A stretch of 64,000 nt of DNA from the NCBI GenBank assembly GCA_963801815.1, contig CAWDGJ010000003.1, positions 736,001 through 800,000 of the forward strand. The letters are read 5' to 3'. The notes beneath the pieces are model-generated. The model was not told where the DNA came from. It worked only from the letters and a program-made list of their open reading frames with translations, and searched no databases. The translations under genes were made by a program, and so were the position numbers. Below are positions 49,365 through 59,503 of this stretch, in pieces. This stretch comes from an uncultured Verrucomicrobiae bacterium. GTDB taxonomy: Bacteria; Verrucomicrobiota; Verrucomicrobiia; Chthoniobacterales; UBA10450. Each line of letters starts with the position of its first letter. Position 1 is the stretch's first letter.

Positions 49365-50391
49365 GACGTTGCCGGCGGAGAAAACGCAATCGGCGGCTCC
49401 AACTCCTGCTCTGCGCGGTTCGATTCTTCGGCGCGTGTCGCGCTCGTTCTATCTTTCCATTTTTCTTTTGCCGAAAAAGTTGCGCGACCCGGTGTCACTT
49501 GGCTACCTGCTCGCCCGCGCGTCAGATACGATCGCCGATACGGCCGAATTGCCGATTGAATTGCGCGTCGAGAAATTGCGACTGCTCGCTGGCGCGATTC
49601 AGAGCGAAACATCCTGCGACCCGATCGCCGAACTTTGCGCATCGGTGTCGCGATTACAGAACAATGAATCCGAGAGCGCACTGATTGCATCGTTGCCGTC
49701 GTGCCTGGTCTGGCTCAACGGAATCGAAACGCTCGACCGCAAGGATGTCCAGGCTGTGCTGGAGAAGATCAATCGTGGCCAGATTTTGGACCTCGAGCGT
49801 TTCCGCGATCCCAAACAAATCGCGGCGTTGGAAACAGCAGCGGAGCTCGACGATTACACCTATCTCGTCGCGGGGAGCGCAGGAGAATTTTGGACGCGTC
49901 TTTGTTTCCGGTACTTGAAGAAATTCTCATCGCGTGGCGAAGCGGAAATGCTGGACCTTGGCAAACGCTATGGCCAGGGCTTGCAGCTTATCAATATTTT
50001 GCGCGACGCCGGTGACGATCTTCGTGCCGGCCGCTGTTATTTTCCGCGCCAGGAACTGACCGCGGTTGCGCTGGAGCCGTTGCAGATTTTGCGTGAACCG
50101 CAGCGGTTTCAGCCAATCTATCGGAAATGGCGCGAGAAAGCAGAGCAGGGGATCAAAGCTGGCACCGAGTACGCGCGGGAGATTCGCAGCCGACGCATTC
50201 GCGTGGCGACGGTCCTGCCGGCACTCATCGGCGCGCGAACCCTCGCTCTCTTGCATGATGCCGGGGCAACGATGCTTCACCGGCACATCAAGGTTTCACG
50301 CAAAGAAGTACGCGCGATTGTTCGCTCGCTCACTTCCAGCTTCGGTGCGCGGTCGCGCATCGATTCGCTCTATCGCGATTTGTCCAGGTAG
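49351..50391 (+). CDS. Squalene/phytoene synthase family protein
   Basis: VSRSFYLSI, RASDTIAD, YTYLVAG, GLQLINILRD..DL..GRCYFP. Confidence 0.85.
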   Translation: MSVAETLPAEKTQSAAPTPALRGSILRRVSRSFYLSIFLLPKKLRDPVSLGYLLARASDTIADTAELPIELRVEKLRLLAGAIQSETSCDPIAELCASVSRLQNNESESALIASLPSCLVWLNGIETLDRKDVQAVLEKINRGQILDLERFRDPKQIAALETAAELDDYTYLVAGSAGEFWTRLCFRYLKKFSSRGEAEMLDLGKRYGQGLQLINILRDAGDDLRAGRCYFPRQELTAVALEPLQILREPQRFQPIYRKWREKAEQGIKAGTEYAREIRSRRIRVATVLPALIGARTLALLHDAGATMLHRHIKVSRKEVRAIVRSLTSSFGARSRIDSLYRDLSR

Positions 50392-50453
50392 CGGCGGGTC
50401 ATCGACGCGCCATGGCGAGCCCGGACCGGACGGGCATGTCAACCGTCAATACC

Positions 50454-51281
50454 TCACAGAAAATAATTCCGCTGTTTTTCGCTGATCGGTTTCTCAAGCC
50501 GCTCGAGGACGAGCATCATGTCTTCCCAAACTTTGCGTTTTTCCGAAGGAGACTGATTCCGCAACAGGTATGCCGGATGATAAGTGACCATTAACGGCGT
50601 GCCGTTGAATGAATCCCAGCGCCCGCGGAGTTCGCGCATTGGTGCGCGTGTACCCAGAAGTCCTTCCACCGCTACTGCGCCAAGGGCGACGATCACCTTC
50701 GGTCCAATGATATCGATCTGTTCCATCAAATACGGCTGGCAGGTTTGCATTTCGCGCGGTGTTGGTGGCCGATTTCCGTAGGCACTGCCTGGTGTGTCGG
50801 GCCGGCATTTCAAAATGTTCGCGATATAAACTTCTTCGCGCGCGAATCCCATTGCCTTGATGATTTTCGTGAGCAGTTGACCGGCGCGACCGACGAATGG
50901 TTCGCCTTGCGCATCTTCGTCGGCGCCGGGCGCTTCTCCTACGAACATGAGGTTGGCGTCCGGATTGCCGACGCCGAATACGGTTTGCGTCCGCGAATTT
51001 GCCAGGTTGGGACATTTCACGCAGGCGCAAACGCGCTCCTTGATCGCGGCGAGCTTGTCTTGCTTGTTTTGATCTATGGAAGACGCTGCGCTGCTCTCCC
51101 GCCGCAGGCTTGGTGAAGGCCGGTCGATCTTCGATTCGGGAATCTCTGCTGAAACGCACGGCAGCGCGGTTCGGCTAAGGATCTCGAGCGCCCGCCGGGA
51201 CGCACACGGATGCTGCGTACTTTCGTCGCGCATGCGCTCGAGAGTTTGCAAAACGGTTTCGAGCGCCTGCGGAAATTGCAT
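50454..51281 (-). CDS. Uracil-DNA glycosylase family 4
   Basis: [29 protein letters not shown]. Confidence 0.92.
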   Translation of the reverse strand: MQFPQALETVLQTLERMRDESTQHPCASRRALEILSRTALPCVSAEIPESKIDRPSPSLRRESSAASSIDQNKQDKLAAIKERVCACVKCPNLANSRTQTVFGVGNPDANLMFVGEAPGADEDAQGEPFVGRAGQLLTKIIKAMGFAREEVYIANILKCRPDTPGSAYGNRPPTPREMQTCQPYLMEQIDIIGPKVIVALGAVAVEGLLGTRAPMRELRGRWDSFNGTPLMVTYHPAYLLRNQSPSEKRKVWEDMMLVLERLEKPISEKQRNYFL

Positions 51282-51396
51282 CAACCCGATATTGTAAAGT
51301 TTCGCCCGTATCGGCAAATGAATTGATTCGCGAATTGCTAGTGATTCATCGAACCGCCAAATGGCGATTGCGGTCAATCGCCGCTACCATAGGCGC

Positions 51397-52413
51397 GTGA
51401 GTTCGAGATTAAGCGATTACGATTATCCGCTTCCCGAATCGCTCATCGCGAAACGGCCGCTGCCAAAACGGGATGACTCACGCTTGATGGTGCTTCATCG
51501 CGATTCGCAGACCATCGAACACCGGCAATTCCGCGATCTCAAAACTTTTCTGCAACCAGGCGATCTGCTCGTGCTCAACAACACCCGGGTTTTGGCCGCG
51601 CGCAGATTTTCAGACGACCATGCGATCGACTTTTTGTTTTTGGAAAAACTCGGCGCTAAGCGCTGGAAATGTTTGGTGAGGCCCGGCCGCAAAATGCGGG
51701 TCGGCGCCACCACGAAGATAGGCAACGTGCCTCTTCGCGTTGAAGAAGTCTTGCCGGACGGCGAACGAATCGTTGCGTTGGATGAGAAAGTGGATCTTTA
51801 CGCGGGTGGCTCGATGCCGCTGCCCCCATACCTCAGGCGGGAAAGCGATTTCGCGGACAGTGACCGTTATCAAACCGTCTTTGCGCAAGCGCCCGGCGCA
51901 GTGGCGGCGCCAACGGCCGGTCTCCACTTTACGCCAGAAATCCTGTACGAAATCCCACACACGTTTATTACACTTCATGTCGGCCCTGGAACTTTTCGAC
52001 CAGTCCACTCGGAAAACATTACCGAGCATCGGATGCATGCCGAGTCGTTTTCAATTTCGGACGACGCGGCGAAGAAGATCAATGATGCAGAGCGGACGAT
52101 TTCCGTCGGGACAACGACTGTTCGCGTTCTGGAAACAGTGGCTCAAAAATCTCGAATGCATTATGAAATCGAGAATTCAAAGCACCGACTCGAATTTGCC
52201 GCGCAAGAAGATGAAACGGGTCTTTTTATTTATCCGCCGTTCGAATTTCGGGTTGTGGATGGCTTGCTGACAAATTTTCACCTGCCGCGCTCGACCTTGC
52301 TGATGCTCGTGAGCGCATTTGCCGGCCGGGAATTTCTACTGCAAGCCTATGCGGAAGCGATGCGCGAGCACTACCGCTTTTATAGTTACGGCGATTGCAT
52401 GCTGATCCTGTAA
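51397..52413 (+). CDS. queA: S-adenosylmethionine:tRNA ribosyltransferase-isomerase
   Basis: PLPPY, YQTVFA, AAPTAGLHF, LHVGPGTF, TNFHLP, FYSYGD. Confidence 0.96.
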   Translation: MSSRLSDYDYPLPESLIAKRPLPKRDDSRLMVLHRDSQTIEHRQFRDLKTFLQPGDLLVLNNTRVLAARRFSDDHAIDFLFLEKLGAKRWKCLVRPGRKMRVGATTKIGNVPLRVEEVLPDGERIVALDEKVDLYAGGSMPLPPYLRRESDFADSDRYQTVFAQAPGAVAAPTAGLHFTPEILYEIPHTFITLHVGPGTFRPVHSENITEHRMHAESFSISDDAAKKINDAERTISVGTTTVRVLETVAQKSRMHYEIENSKHRLEFAAQEDETGLFIYPPFEFRVVDGLLTNFHLPRSTLLMLVSAFAGREFLLQAYAEAMREHYRFYSYGDCMLIL

Positions 52414-52509
52414 TCTTCCGTTCACTCTTAGTCTTAGACGGTGAGATTAAGAGGAAGAGCCAAGATTGTTCGTGTAAATTCGGGCCCATTCGTGGTTAAA
52501 AGAGGAGCG

Positions 52510-52899
52510 ATGGCAGAGAACGATCAACCCAAAGGCGAGCTTGTCATCCAGACGATCGCGATGCCAAAGGACACCAATCGCGACGGCGATATCTTCGGCG
52601 GCTGGCTCGTCTCGCAAATGGATCTGGGCAGCGCAATCATCGCTGGCAAGATCGCGAAGTCGCGCGTCGTCACGGTGGCGATCGAAGGGATGTCGTTTCT
52701 CAATCCGGTGCGAGTTGGCGATACCGTCGCGTGCTATGGCTGGCTCGAAAAAATCGGGCGTACATCGATGAAAATTTGCGTCGACGTATGGGTCATCCGT
52801 TACAAGACCGACGAGCGCGTGAAAGTTACGAGCGGCGTGTTCACTTATGTTGCGCTCGGACCGGATGGAAAACCGGCTCCGATTGCCCGCGAGAACTGA
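52510..52899 (+). CDS. Acyl-CoA thioesterase (YciA-like hotdog fold)
   Basis: AMPKDTNRDGDIFGGWLVSQMD, GAGGAG RBS. Confidence 0.9.
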   Translation: MAENDQPKGELVIQTIAMPKDTNRDGDIFGGWLVSQMDLGSAIIAGKIAKSRVVTVAIEGMSFLNPVRVGDTVACYGWLEKIGRTSMKICVDVWVIRYKTDERVKVTSGVFTYVALGPDGKPAPIAREN

Positions 52900-52906
52900 C
52901 GAAGGA

Positions 52907-53938
52907 TCAGGCCGCCATTCCGTTGGACTCAGAAGCGGACAGCAAATCGAAGTGTTGCGAATTCACAAGTTCGTCAACGACGCGGTACAATTTCAATTCG
53001 CACACTGCGCAGCCGCGGAACAATTCAGAAATAGCGACTGGTTCGCTATAGACGATTTGCCAGACTTGCTCGGCCAGTGGCCGCAGCTCCCCGGGCGCTT
53101 CTTCCGGCCATGAGATATTAAGTTGGCGCCTCTGGACGATTGCATTCGGATCGGGCAGCCGGCATTTCACATCCGCGAATTCATCCCGGTATTGCAAGGC
53201 TTGGATCAGCAACTCCTGTCCGTTCCCATTGATGGGTCCCCGCTCGATCTGGTCGCCTTGAGCACGTTCGCCGGAAAAGAAGGAAAATGTGCCCGAAAGC
53301 TTTGCGTTCAGAAACAGCTGCCAAAACGCTTCCTCTCCATCGAGGTGTTCAAATTGACAGTGACGCAGCTGGCCGTATTCAAAGGAACAAGTCGAGATCG
53401 ACTCGCCTTTTTCATTCATGATTCGCAATTCTCCGGTCTGGAACGAATTCAAAATGGTTTGATAGATCGAGACCAGGTCGAAGTTGGAAAGACTACCGCT
53501 GAGTTCCTGACAATGACTCTGGGCAACGGTAACGTCACGGGCCTGCCACAGTCGAAGGGCGAGCTGCTTGCTAAGGTAGAGAAAGAAAGAGGGGATCCGC
53601 TCCATCAGTTCTGGAAAATCCCGGCGCCGAAAGCATTGAAGACTTGCGTCTTCGCGTGTGCGGACAAGATGTTTGTAGGGAAGACCGCTGAGCGCTTCGA
53701 CGTCGCCGAAAACATCTCCGCGCGAAAGGTAAGTTTCGGCCACTTTCTCGTCGCCGTTGTAATGTGCGACCTCAACTACGCCGCGGTTGATAATGTACAG
53801 TGCGTCGGCGGGTTCACCCGGTGAGTAGATAACTTCTCCTTCTTCGAGGTGTCGGACCTCGGAAAGCCCGCCCAAAGCTTTTCGCTCCAACGGCTTTAAA
53901 GTCGTGCAAAAGCCAAAGAAATCCTTGCCGCGCGACAT
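52907..53938 (-). CDS. Cyclic-nucleotide-binding domain + DUF4388 (PATAN)-like protein
   Basis: IYSPGEPADALYIINRGVV..GDVFG, then LSGSLSNFDLVSIYQ..TGELRI..GEEAF..GTFSF. Confidence 0.72.
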   Translation of the reverse strand: MSRGKDFFGFCTTLKPLERKALGGLSEVRHLEEGEVIYSPGEPADALYIINRGVVEVAHYNGDEKVAETYLSRGDVFGDVEALSGLPYKHLVRTREDASLQCFRRRDFPELMERIPSFFLYLSKQLALRLWQARDVTVAQSHCQELSGSLSNFDLVSIYQTILNSFQTGELRIMNEKGESISTCSFEYGQLRHCQFEHLDGEEAFWQLFLNAKLSGTFSFFSGERAQGDQIERGPINGNGQELLIQALQYRDEFADVKCRLPDPNAIVQRRQLNISWPEEAPGELRPLAEQVWQIVYSEPVAISELFRGCAVCELKLYRVVDELVNSQHFDLLSASESNGMAA

Positions 53939-54032
53939 GTCCTCTCTCAAAGCAAGCCTCGTGCGAGCGTCTTTCCCAAGTGACTGCTGGCGGGCAACTT
54001 CTAACTAACAAGGATCGTATACGTGATTAGGA

Positions 54033-54395
54033 TTATGGCCTGGACGGCTGCGATGATTGCGCCGGCGGCTGTTGGGTCGCGCTCGCGTCCGACCCGGAAA
54101 CCGTGATCGGCGGCGCGATTTCTTCGGCCGTCGGTTCCGAAAACGAACCTGGTTCGGGTCCCAAACTGGTAGACATTTGCGGCTCGCTGACCCGCGCGAG
54201 TTTCATTTTTTCCTTCATTTGACGGTTGGCCGCCTTTTGGGCCCGCGCGATTTGGCGTTGCCGCTGATGGATAGACTTCTGAACGTAATGACGGTATGCG
54301 CGTTCCCGTCGAGCTTGAGGGCTCATGGAGCTGCAGCCGGTAAGATTGAAAGCGAAAACGATGATCAAGCCAAGGGTTGAGATTTGTTTGTGCAC
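54033..54395 (-). CDS. Hypothetical lipoprotein
   Basis: LIIVFAFNLTGC lipobox, basic helix, Pro-rich tail. Confidence 0.6.
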   Translation of the reverse strand: MHKQISTLGLIIVFAFNLTGCSSMSPQARRERAYRHYVQKSIHQRQRQIARAQKAANRQMKEKMKLARVSEPQMSTSLGPEPGSFSEPTAEEIAPPITVSGSDASATQQPPAQSSQPSRP

Positions 54396-54468
54396 AATGC
54401 TTGTAAGAGCACACGCCGTGCGAGGCCGGCGGGAAAGCCTGAGCGGCGAGCGAGTGGGAGCGGGCGAC

Positions 54469-55539
54469 TCAACCGCCGTTACCCAACAACGTGCGCGTGG
54501 AACTGACCGCGCGCAGATAAATCTGGTGCGGGCCGCCCCGCAAAAGTTCCTGCGTCATTAAGTCGACAAAATCATTGCTTTGCGCCGGCATCATCTGCGG
54601 CACCGCCGTTTCTTTTTCGCAGCTGCGCGAAACCTCAAGAAGATCGTCACACTTCGCGGGCGCTACGCGAAATTTCACGCCCTGCGAATCTAAAATCACT
54701 TTGCCAATCGGACTGCCAGCCTTCTCGCGCAGTTCGATGTCGATCTTACGATTGTTCGAATCGAGGAATCGGCAGCTTCCATTCATCTGCTGCTGATTCG
54801 TTTTCCATTTCAACTGCGCAGCCAGCCAGCCGATTAACAGGATGGCCGTTGATTTAAAACCCGGCGCAAAATCTACGGCCACGCTATCCATTTTCGCGAA
54901 GCGATGGTGGGAAGCAGGATGGTCGAAGAATTGTGCAATCGCGTAACGAACTTTATCGAGCCTGGTCCAATTGAGATCGCACAGCACGATCCGTTGGTTT
55001 GCTTTCTGTTCCGCCGTTTCGACCAATCGCATTTGCCTGTCGAAATTCTTCCAGCTCTGGCTGTCGAAGATCAATCGATCGACCCGAGCCCACAGTTGCG
55101 GGTCCATTTCGTCGGGGAACTCGTCCTGCCACCAGAGATAAAGTGGCAAATCGGAATCGAGGTGGGAAAACACAATGCTCGGCAAAAGTTTCACGCACGG
55201 GCCTTCGAGCAAAAAGGAAATTTGCTCGGAGCACACTTGTTTGCCGCCGGCCCGCGGCACATGACAATGCGCGTTCACCCATGCTTGCATCCGGTTCTCT
55301 TTCGATTCCGGGGTTGCACCGATTACAAGCGCGCGGCAGGCATGGTTTTCAGTGATTCGCGCGATCAGTTGCGTATTCTTTTCCAGCGAGCCGGGCTTCT
55401 CGCTGTAAACAGCAAGGTTAATCAGTGACGCGCGCGTCATCGCGCCTTCACCATCCTGCCAAAGTTTTTTCAACTCGCAGGAGATTTCTTCAATCTCCAC
55501 CGGTTCGCCTAACGAATAACTTTCAGCGGTCGATGGCAT
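54469..55539 (-). CDS. opcA: Glucose-6-phosphate dehydrogenase assembly protein OpcA
   Basis: SDLPLYLWW, DRLIFDS, DLNWTRL, immediately downstream of zwf. Confidence 0.85.
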   Translation of the reverse strand: MPSTAESYSLGEPVEIEEISCELKKLWQDGEGAMTRASLINLAVYSEKPGSLEKNTQLIARITENHACRALVIGATPESKENRMQAWVNAHCHVPRAGGKQVCSEQISFLLEGPCVKLLPSIVFSHLDSDLPLYLWWQDEFPDEMDPQLWARVDRLIFDSQSWKNFDRQMRLVETAEQKANQRIVLCDLNWTRLDKVRYAIAQFFDHPASHHRFAKMDSVAVDFAPGFKSTAILLIGWLAAQLKWKTNQQQMNGSCRFLDSNNRKIDIELREKAGSPIGKVILDSQGVKFRVAPAKCDDLLEVSRSCEKETAVPQMMPAQSNDFVDLMTQELLRGGPHQIYLRAVSSTRTLLGNGG

Positions 55540-55541
55540 GC

Positions 55542-57083
55542 TTACAGTCTCCTCCAGGCGCGATGGTCGCGAGCCAGAAGTTCGTCCGCCTGTTCCGGGC
55601 CCCATGAGCCCGCGGGATAAAAGCATAATTCCGGTGCGTTCTTTTTTAACGACCACGCATTTTCAATGGGGTCGATGAAGGCCCATGCTTCCTCAACTTC
55701 GTCGCGTCGCGCGAACAGGGTCGCGTCGCCGCTCATTGCGTCGAGGAGCAAGCGTTCGTATGCCTCGGGACTCGCCTTGCCGAATGAGGTCCCGTAATGA
55801 AAATCCATTTTCACCGGCTCGATCCGAAAACTTGTGCCCGGCATCTTGGCCTGCATGCGCAGCGAAATTCCTTCGTCCGGTTGAATTCGAATCACCAGGA
55901 CGTTGGCGTCGTTGGTTTCCTTGTTGAACAAAACCATCGGCGCTTTCTTGAAATGGACGGAGATTTCCGTCGCCGATTTCGGCAGCCGTTTACCGACGCG
56001 CATGTAAATCGGCACGTCCCACCAGCGCCAATTATCAATGTTTAACTTCAGCGCGACGAACGTGTCGGTCATTGAATTCGGGTTGACCTTTTCCTCTTTG
56101 CGGTAAGGGGGAACAGGTTTTCCGTTGATCGCGCCGTCAGTGTATTGCCCGCGCACAACATTTACGCCGACTTGACCCGCTGTGAATCGCCGGAGCGAGC
56201 GAACCACTTGCACTTTTTGGTCGCGAATACTGTCGGCGCTCAAATCGCACGGGGCTTCCATCGCGACAAGACAGAGCAATTGCAGCAAATGATTTTGGAC
56301 CATGTCGCGCAACGCGCCGGCAGTCTCATAATAACCGCCGCGGCTTTCGACGCCGAGCGTTTCCGCCGCAGTGATTTGAACGTGGTCGATGTAACGCGTG
56401 TTCCAAAGCGGTTCGAAGATCGCGTTGGCGAAGCGCAACACCAAAATGTTTTGCGCGGTTTCCTTTCCCAGAAAATGGTCGATCCGATAGGTTTGATCTT
56501 CGCTAAACGAATTACTAACCACACGATTTAGTTCGCGGGCCGACGCGAGATCCCTTCCAAACGGTTTTTCGATGATGACGCGCGCCCAGCTTCCTTCGCG
56601 TGCCTTACTCAGACCAACGGCCTTGAGATGTTGCAGGATCGGCTCGAATTCTTCCGGGCCAACTGCGAAATAAAACAGCCGGTTACCGCGCGTGCCGCGT
56701 TCCTTGTCGATCGCGTCCAGCCGTTCCGCCAAACTTTTGAAACCGGACTCGTCGGCAAAATCACTTTGATGATAAAAAATCGACTGCGCGAAGTTCTGCC
56801 AAATCTCATCGCGGACCGCCTGACGAGAGAATTGTTTGACCGCCTGTTCCATTTCCTTGCGAAAATCGTCATCGGTCTTCGGACGACGTGCGAAACCGAT
56901 GACTGTGACGGCTGGCGGCAGTTCACCGTCTGCAGCCAAATTGTAGAGCGCTGGAAGCAGCTTTCGATGAGTGAGATCGCCGGTTGCACCGAAGATCACG
57001 ACGCTGCAGGGCTGAGGCACCGCGCGGGTCGATAAACCTTCGCGCAAGGGGTTGGTTTGTGATTCCTCGGCCACTCGATTCAT
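55542..57083 (-). CDS. zwf: Glucose-6-phosphate 1-dehydrogenase
   Basis: FGATGDL, EKPFG, RIDHFLGKE, DMVQNH, AYERL. Confidence 0.97.
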   Translation of the reverse strand: MNRVAEESQTNPLREGLSTRAVPQPCSVVIFGATGDLTHRKLLPALYNLAADGELPPAVTVIGFARRPKTDDDFRKEMEQAVKQFSRQAVRDEIWQNFAQSIFYHQSDFADESGFKSLAERLDAIDKERGTRGNRLFYFAVGPEEFEPILQHLKAVGLSKAREGSWARVIIEKPFGRDLASARELNRVVSNSFSEDQTYRIDHFLGKETAQNILVLRFANAIFEPLWNTRYIDHVQITAAETLGVESRGGYYETAGALRDMVQNHLLQLLCLVAMEAPCDLSADSIRDQKVQVVRSLRRFTAGQVGVNVVRGQYTDGAINGKPVPPYRKEEKVNPNSMTDTFVALKLNIDNWRWWDVPIYMRVGKRLPKSATEISVHFKKAPMVLFNKETNDANVLVIRIQPDEGISLRMQAKMPGTSFRIEPVKMDFHYGTSFGKASPEAYERLLLDAMSGDATLFARRDEVEEAWAFIDPIENAWSLKKNAPELCFYPAGSWGPEQADELLARDHRAWRRL

Positions 57084-57086
57084 CGG

Positions 57087-57209
57087 ATAAATTGTAGCGG
57101 CGCTCTGTGAGCGCCGAAACTAAATCTTTTTCTTGTGGCGGCGAAGGCCAGTGCCGCTCGCACCGTCTCGCCTGCATCGCGTTGTCGCAGACCGCCGGCT
57201 ACAATTTAT
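57087..57209. repeat. GTAG-type REPIN-like element with perfect 12-bp terminal inverted repeats
   Basis: ATAAATTGTAGC / GCTACAATTTAT, internal hairpin CGGCGCTC-TGT-GAGCGCCG. Confidence 0.8.
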
Positions 57210-59011
57210 GATGCCAACGGAAAACGCCGGGTCATGTCGCGCACTTTTTCGCGGACGCGCGTGAGAGCGGATTCGTCGGCGCGGTTTTGCAGAGCTTCGG
57301 CGATGAGATCGGCGATCTCGAGCATGTCTTCTTCTTTCATGCCGCGCGTGGTGACGGCCGGTGTCCCAATGCGAATGCCGCCCGGTTTGAAAGGCGAACT
57401 GGTGTCGAACGGGATCGCGTTCTTGTTCACGGTGATGCCGGCGCGATCGAGTGTTTCCTGGGCGTCTTTGCCGTTCAGGTCTTTCGGGCGAAGATCGACA
57501 AGCATGAGGTGATTGTCGGTGCCGCCGGACACAATTCGGAAACCATGTTTGGCCAAACCGGCGGCCAGCGCTTTCGCGTTCGTCACAACCTGCCGTTGGT
57601 ACTCGCGGAACCCCGGCTGCAGTGCTTCATGAAAACAAACCGCCTTTGCCGCAATAATGTGCATGAGCGGTCCGCCCTGGACTCCGGGGAAAACGGTCGC
57701 GTCGATTTGCTTTGCGAATTCTTTGGTGCACAAAACAATTCCTCCGCGCGGGCCGCGCAAACTCTTGTGGGTGGTAGTGGTGACAAATTGGGCATGCGGA
57801 ACCGGACTCGGATGCTGACCGCCTGCGACGAGGCCGGAAATGTGCGCCATGTCGACAAAGAGAAGCGCGCCGACCGAGTCCGCGATTTTTCGCAACCGCG
57901 GGAAATCGATGATTCGCGGGTAAGCGGAAGCGCCGGCAGTGATCATTGCCGGTCGAACTTCTTCCGCCTGTTTTTGAAGGGCGTCGTAATCAATCTGCTC
58001 TGTTTTCTCGCTCACGCCGTACTGCGACACGTTATAAAACTTTCCGGAGAAATTCGCAGGATGACCGTGAGTGAGATGGCCGCCATGCGCGAGGTTCATT
58101 GCCAAAATCTTGTCGCCCGGTTTCAAGACCGAAAAATAAACGGCCATGTTCGCTTGCGCACCGCTGTGCGGCTGAACGTTCGCGTGCTCTGCGCCGAACA
58201 ATCGCAGCGCACGATCGATGGCGAGCTGTTCAGCGGTGTCGACGTTCTCACAGCCGCCGTACCAGCGTTTCTTTGGATAACCCTCGGCATACTTGTTCGT
58301 CAGACAGGAGCCCTGCGCTTCCATTACCGCGCGGCTCGTGAAATTTTCGGACGCGATGAGCTCGATGTTTTCGCGCTGGCGTTTTTCTTCGGCGCGAATT
58401 GCATCGTAAATTTCCGGGTCGACTTTGCGCAGCGCTTCCAGTGAGCTACCGCCGTACGATGCCGATCCGGCGCTGACTTGAGTTGGCCGTGAAATGTCAC
58501 TCATTGAGTACGAAGATATTCCGCGATTTCGCGTCGCACCAGGAGGAACGAGTTCACCTTGTTCGACAAAGCCAAGCACGCTCGGCAACGCGTTTTTGAT
58601 CGTACGCGCACATTCCTCGTAAACCTCCCGGCCCATTCCGATGGGGTCCGGAACGTCGCGCCAGCAAGTCGAACCGGGTTCTTCGAACTCGCGAAGCAAA
58701 AAAGTTTTCTCGGCGCCCTGAGGAAAAAGCATGTGGATCGTCTCGAGATGCGCGCCGGTCATCGCGAAAATATGGGTCGCGCGCTCGACCAGATCGTGGG
58801 TCAACGGCTGGCTGCGGAGGTCGCTGATGTTTACGCCGTCGGATTCGCAAACCTGGACTGCATAAAGGCTGGGCGGTTGACCGCGCACGGCATGAACTCC
58901 GGCCGAATCGACTTCGATGTCTTTGCGGTTGCCGATCAACTGACGAAACAACCCCTCTGCTATCGGACTACGACAAATATTGCCGGTGCAAACAAAGAGG
59001 ACGCTTTTCAC
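57206..59011 (-). CDS. glyA: LMW phosphatase :: serine hydroxymethyltransferase fusion
   Basis: N-terminal CTGNICRS...DVPDPIG, C-terminal [33 protein letters not shown], single frame. GTG 59011 is the likely start. Confidence 0.92.
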   Translation of the reverse strand: MKSVLFVCTGNICRSPIAEGLFRQLIGNRKDIEVDSAGVHAVRGQPPSLYAVQVCESDGVNISDLRSQPLTHDLVERATHIFAMTGAHLETIHMLFPQGAEKTFLLREFEEPGSTCWRDVPDPIGMGREVYEECARTIKNALPSVLGFVEQGELVPPGATRNRGISSYSMSDISRPTQVSAGSASYGGSSLEALRKVDPEIYDAIRAEEKRQRENIELIASENFTSRAVMEAQGSCLTNKYAEGYPKKRWYGGCENVDTAEQLAIDRALRLFGAEHANVQPHSGAQANMAVYFSVLKPGDKILAMNLAHGGHLTHGHPANFSGKFYNVSQYGVSEKTEQIDYDALQKQAEEVRPAMITAGASAYPRIIDFPRLRKIADSVGALLFVDMAHISGLVAGGQHPSPVPHAQFVTTTTHKSLRGPRGGIVLCTKEFAKQIDATVFPGVQGGPLMHIIAAKAVCFHEALQPGFREYQRQVVTNAKALAAGLAKHGFRIVSGGTDNHLMLVDLRPKDLNGKDAQETLDRAGITVNKNAIPFDTSSPFKPGGIRIGTPAVTTRGMKEEDMLEIADLIAEALQNRADESALTRVREKVRDMTRRFPLAS

Positions 59012-59137
59012 GATTCGCGTCGCGCTTGCGAACGCGGAAACAAGGTATGTTTGAACGCGAACAAGGTCAATCAAGCCGCTGGGGCAGTGCGTGTTTGCAG
59101 CTTGCTACCACGGGCTATCTTTCGCTAACTGTTGGCC

Positions 59138-59458
59138 ATGGACCTGAGCCCGCAGGAGCAATCCGTCGTCCGGCGGTTTGACGCGAAGCGAAACGGCGTC
59201 AGCGCTTTACTGCGCTCCTCGATTTACTGCACAGCGCTGGCGGCGCTTTTTCTTTACCTCGCCCTTTCTCGTAACGAGCCGCTTTATTCCCTTGGGATTT
59301 TCGGAATGTTTGTTCTCTATCTTGCCATTCGCGTTTACAGTGCGCGCCGCATCGCGGGAATCATGCCGCGTATTTTGCAGCAATACGAAATTCGCATCAG
59401 CGAGTTGGAAACTCGATTGCGTAAGATCGAGGGCGACCAGGAAGGGCCAAGATCTTAG
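59138..59458 (+). CDS. Hypothetical two-TM membrane protein
   Basis: Two hydrophobic segments plus a coiled-coil-like tail. Confidence 0.6.
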   Translation: MDLSPQEQSVVRRFDAKRNGVSALLRSSIYCTALAALFLYLALSRNEPLYSLGIFGMFVLYLAIRVYSARRIAGIMPRILQQYEIRISELETRLRKIEGDQEGPRS

Positions 59459-59503
59459 GTCGCCCGGTGGCGAGCGGCGCATGACGCGCTAGAATGCGGC
59501 CGA

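Noticed and set aside
52150..52200. Possible palindromic insert in queA (SRMHYEIENSKHRLEF)
   Set aside because: The inverted repeat is weak, matches no repeat family seen here, and this QueA loop is naturally variable.
57287..58444. 385 aa plus-strand ORF, and similar long antisense ORFs such as 48120..49295 and 42286..43059
   Set aside because: Shadow frames opposite well-supported genes, expected in GC-rich coding DNA.
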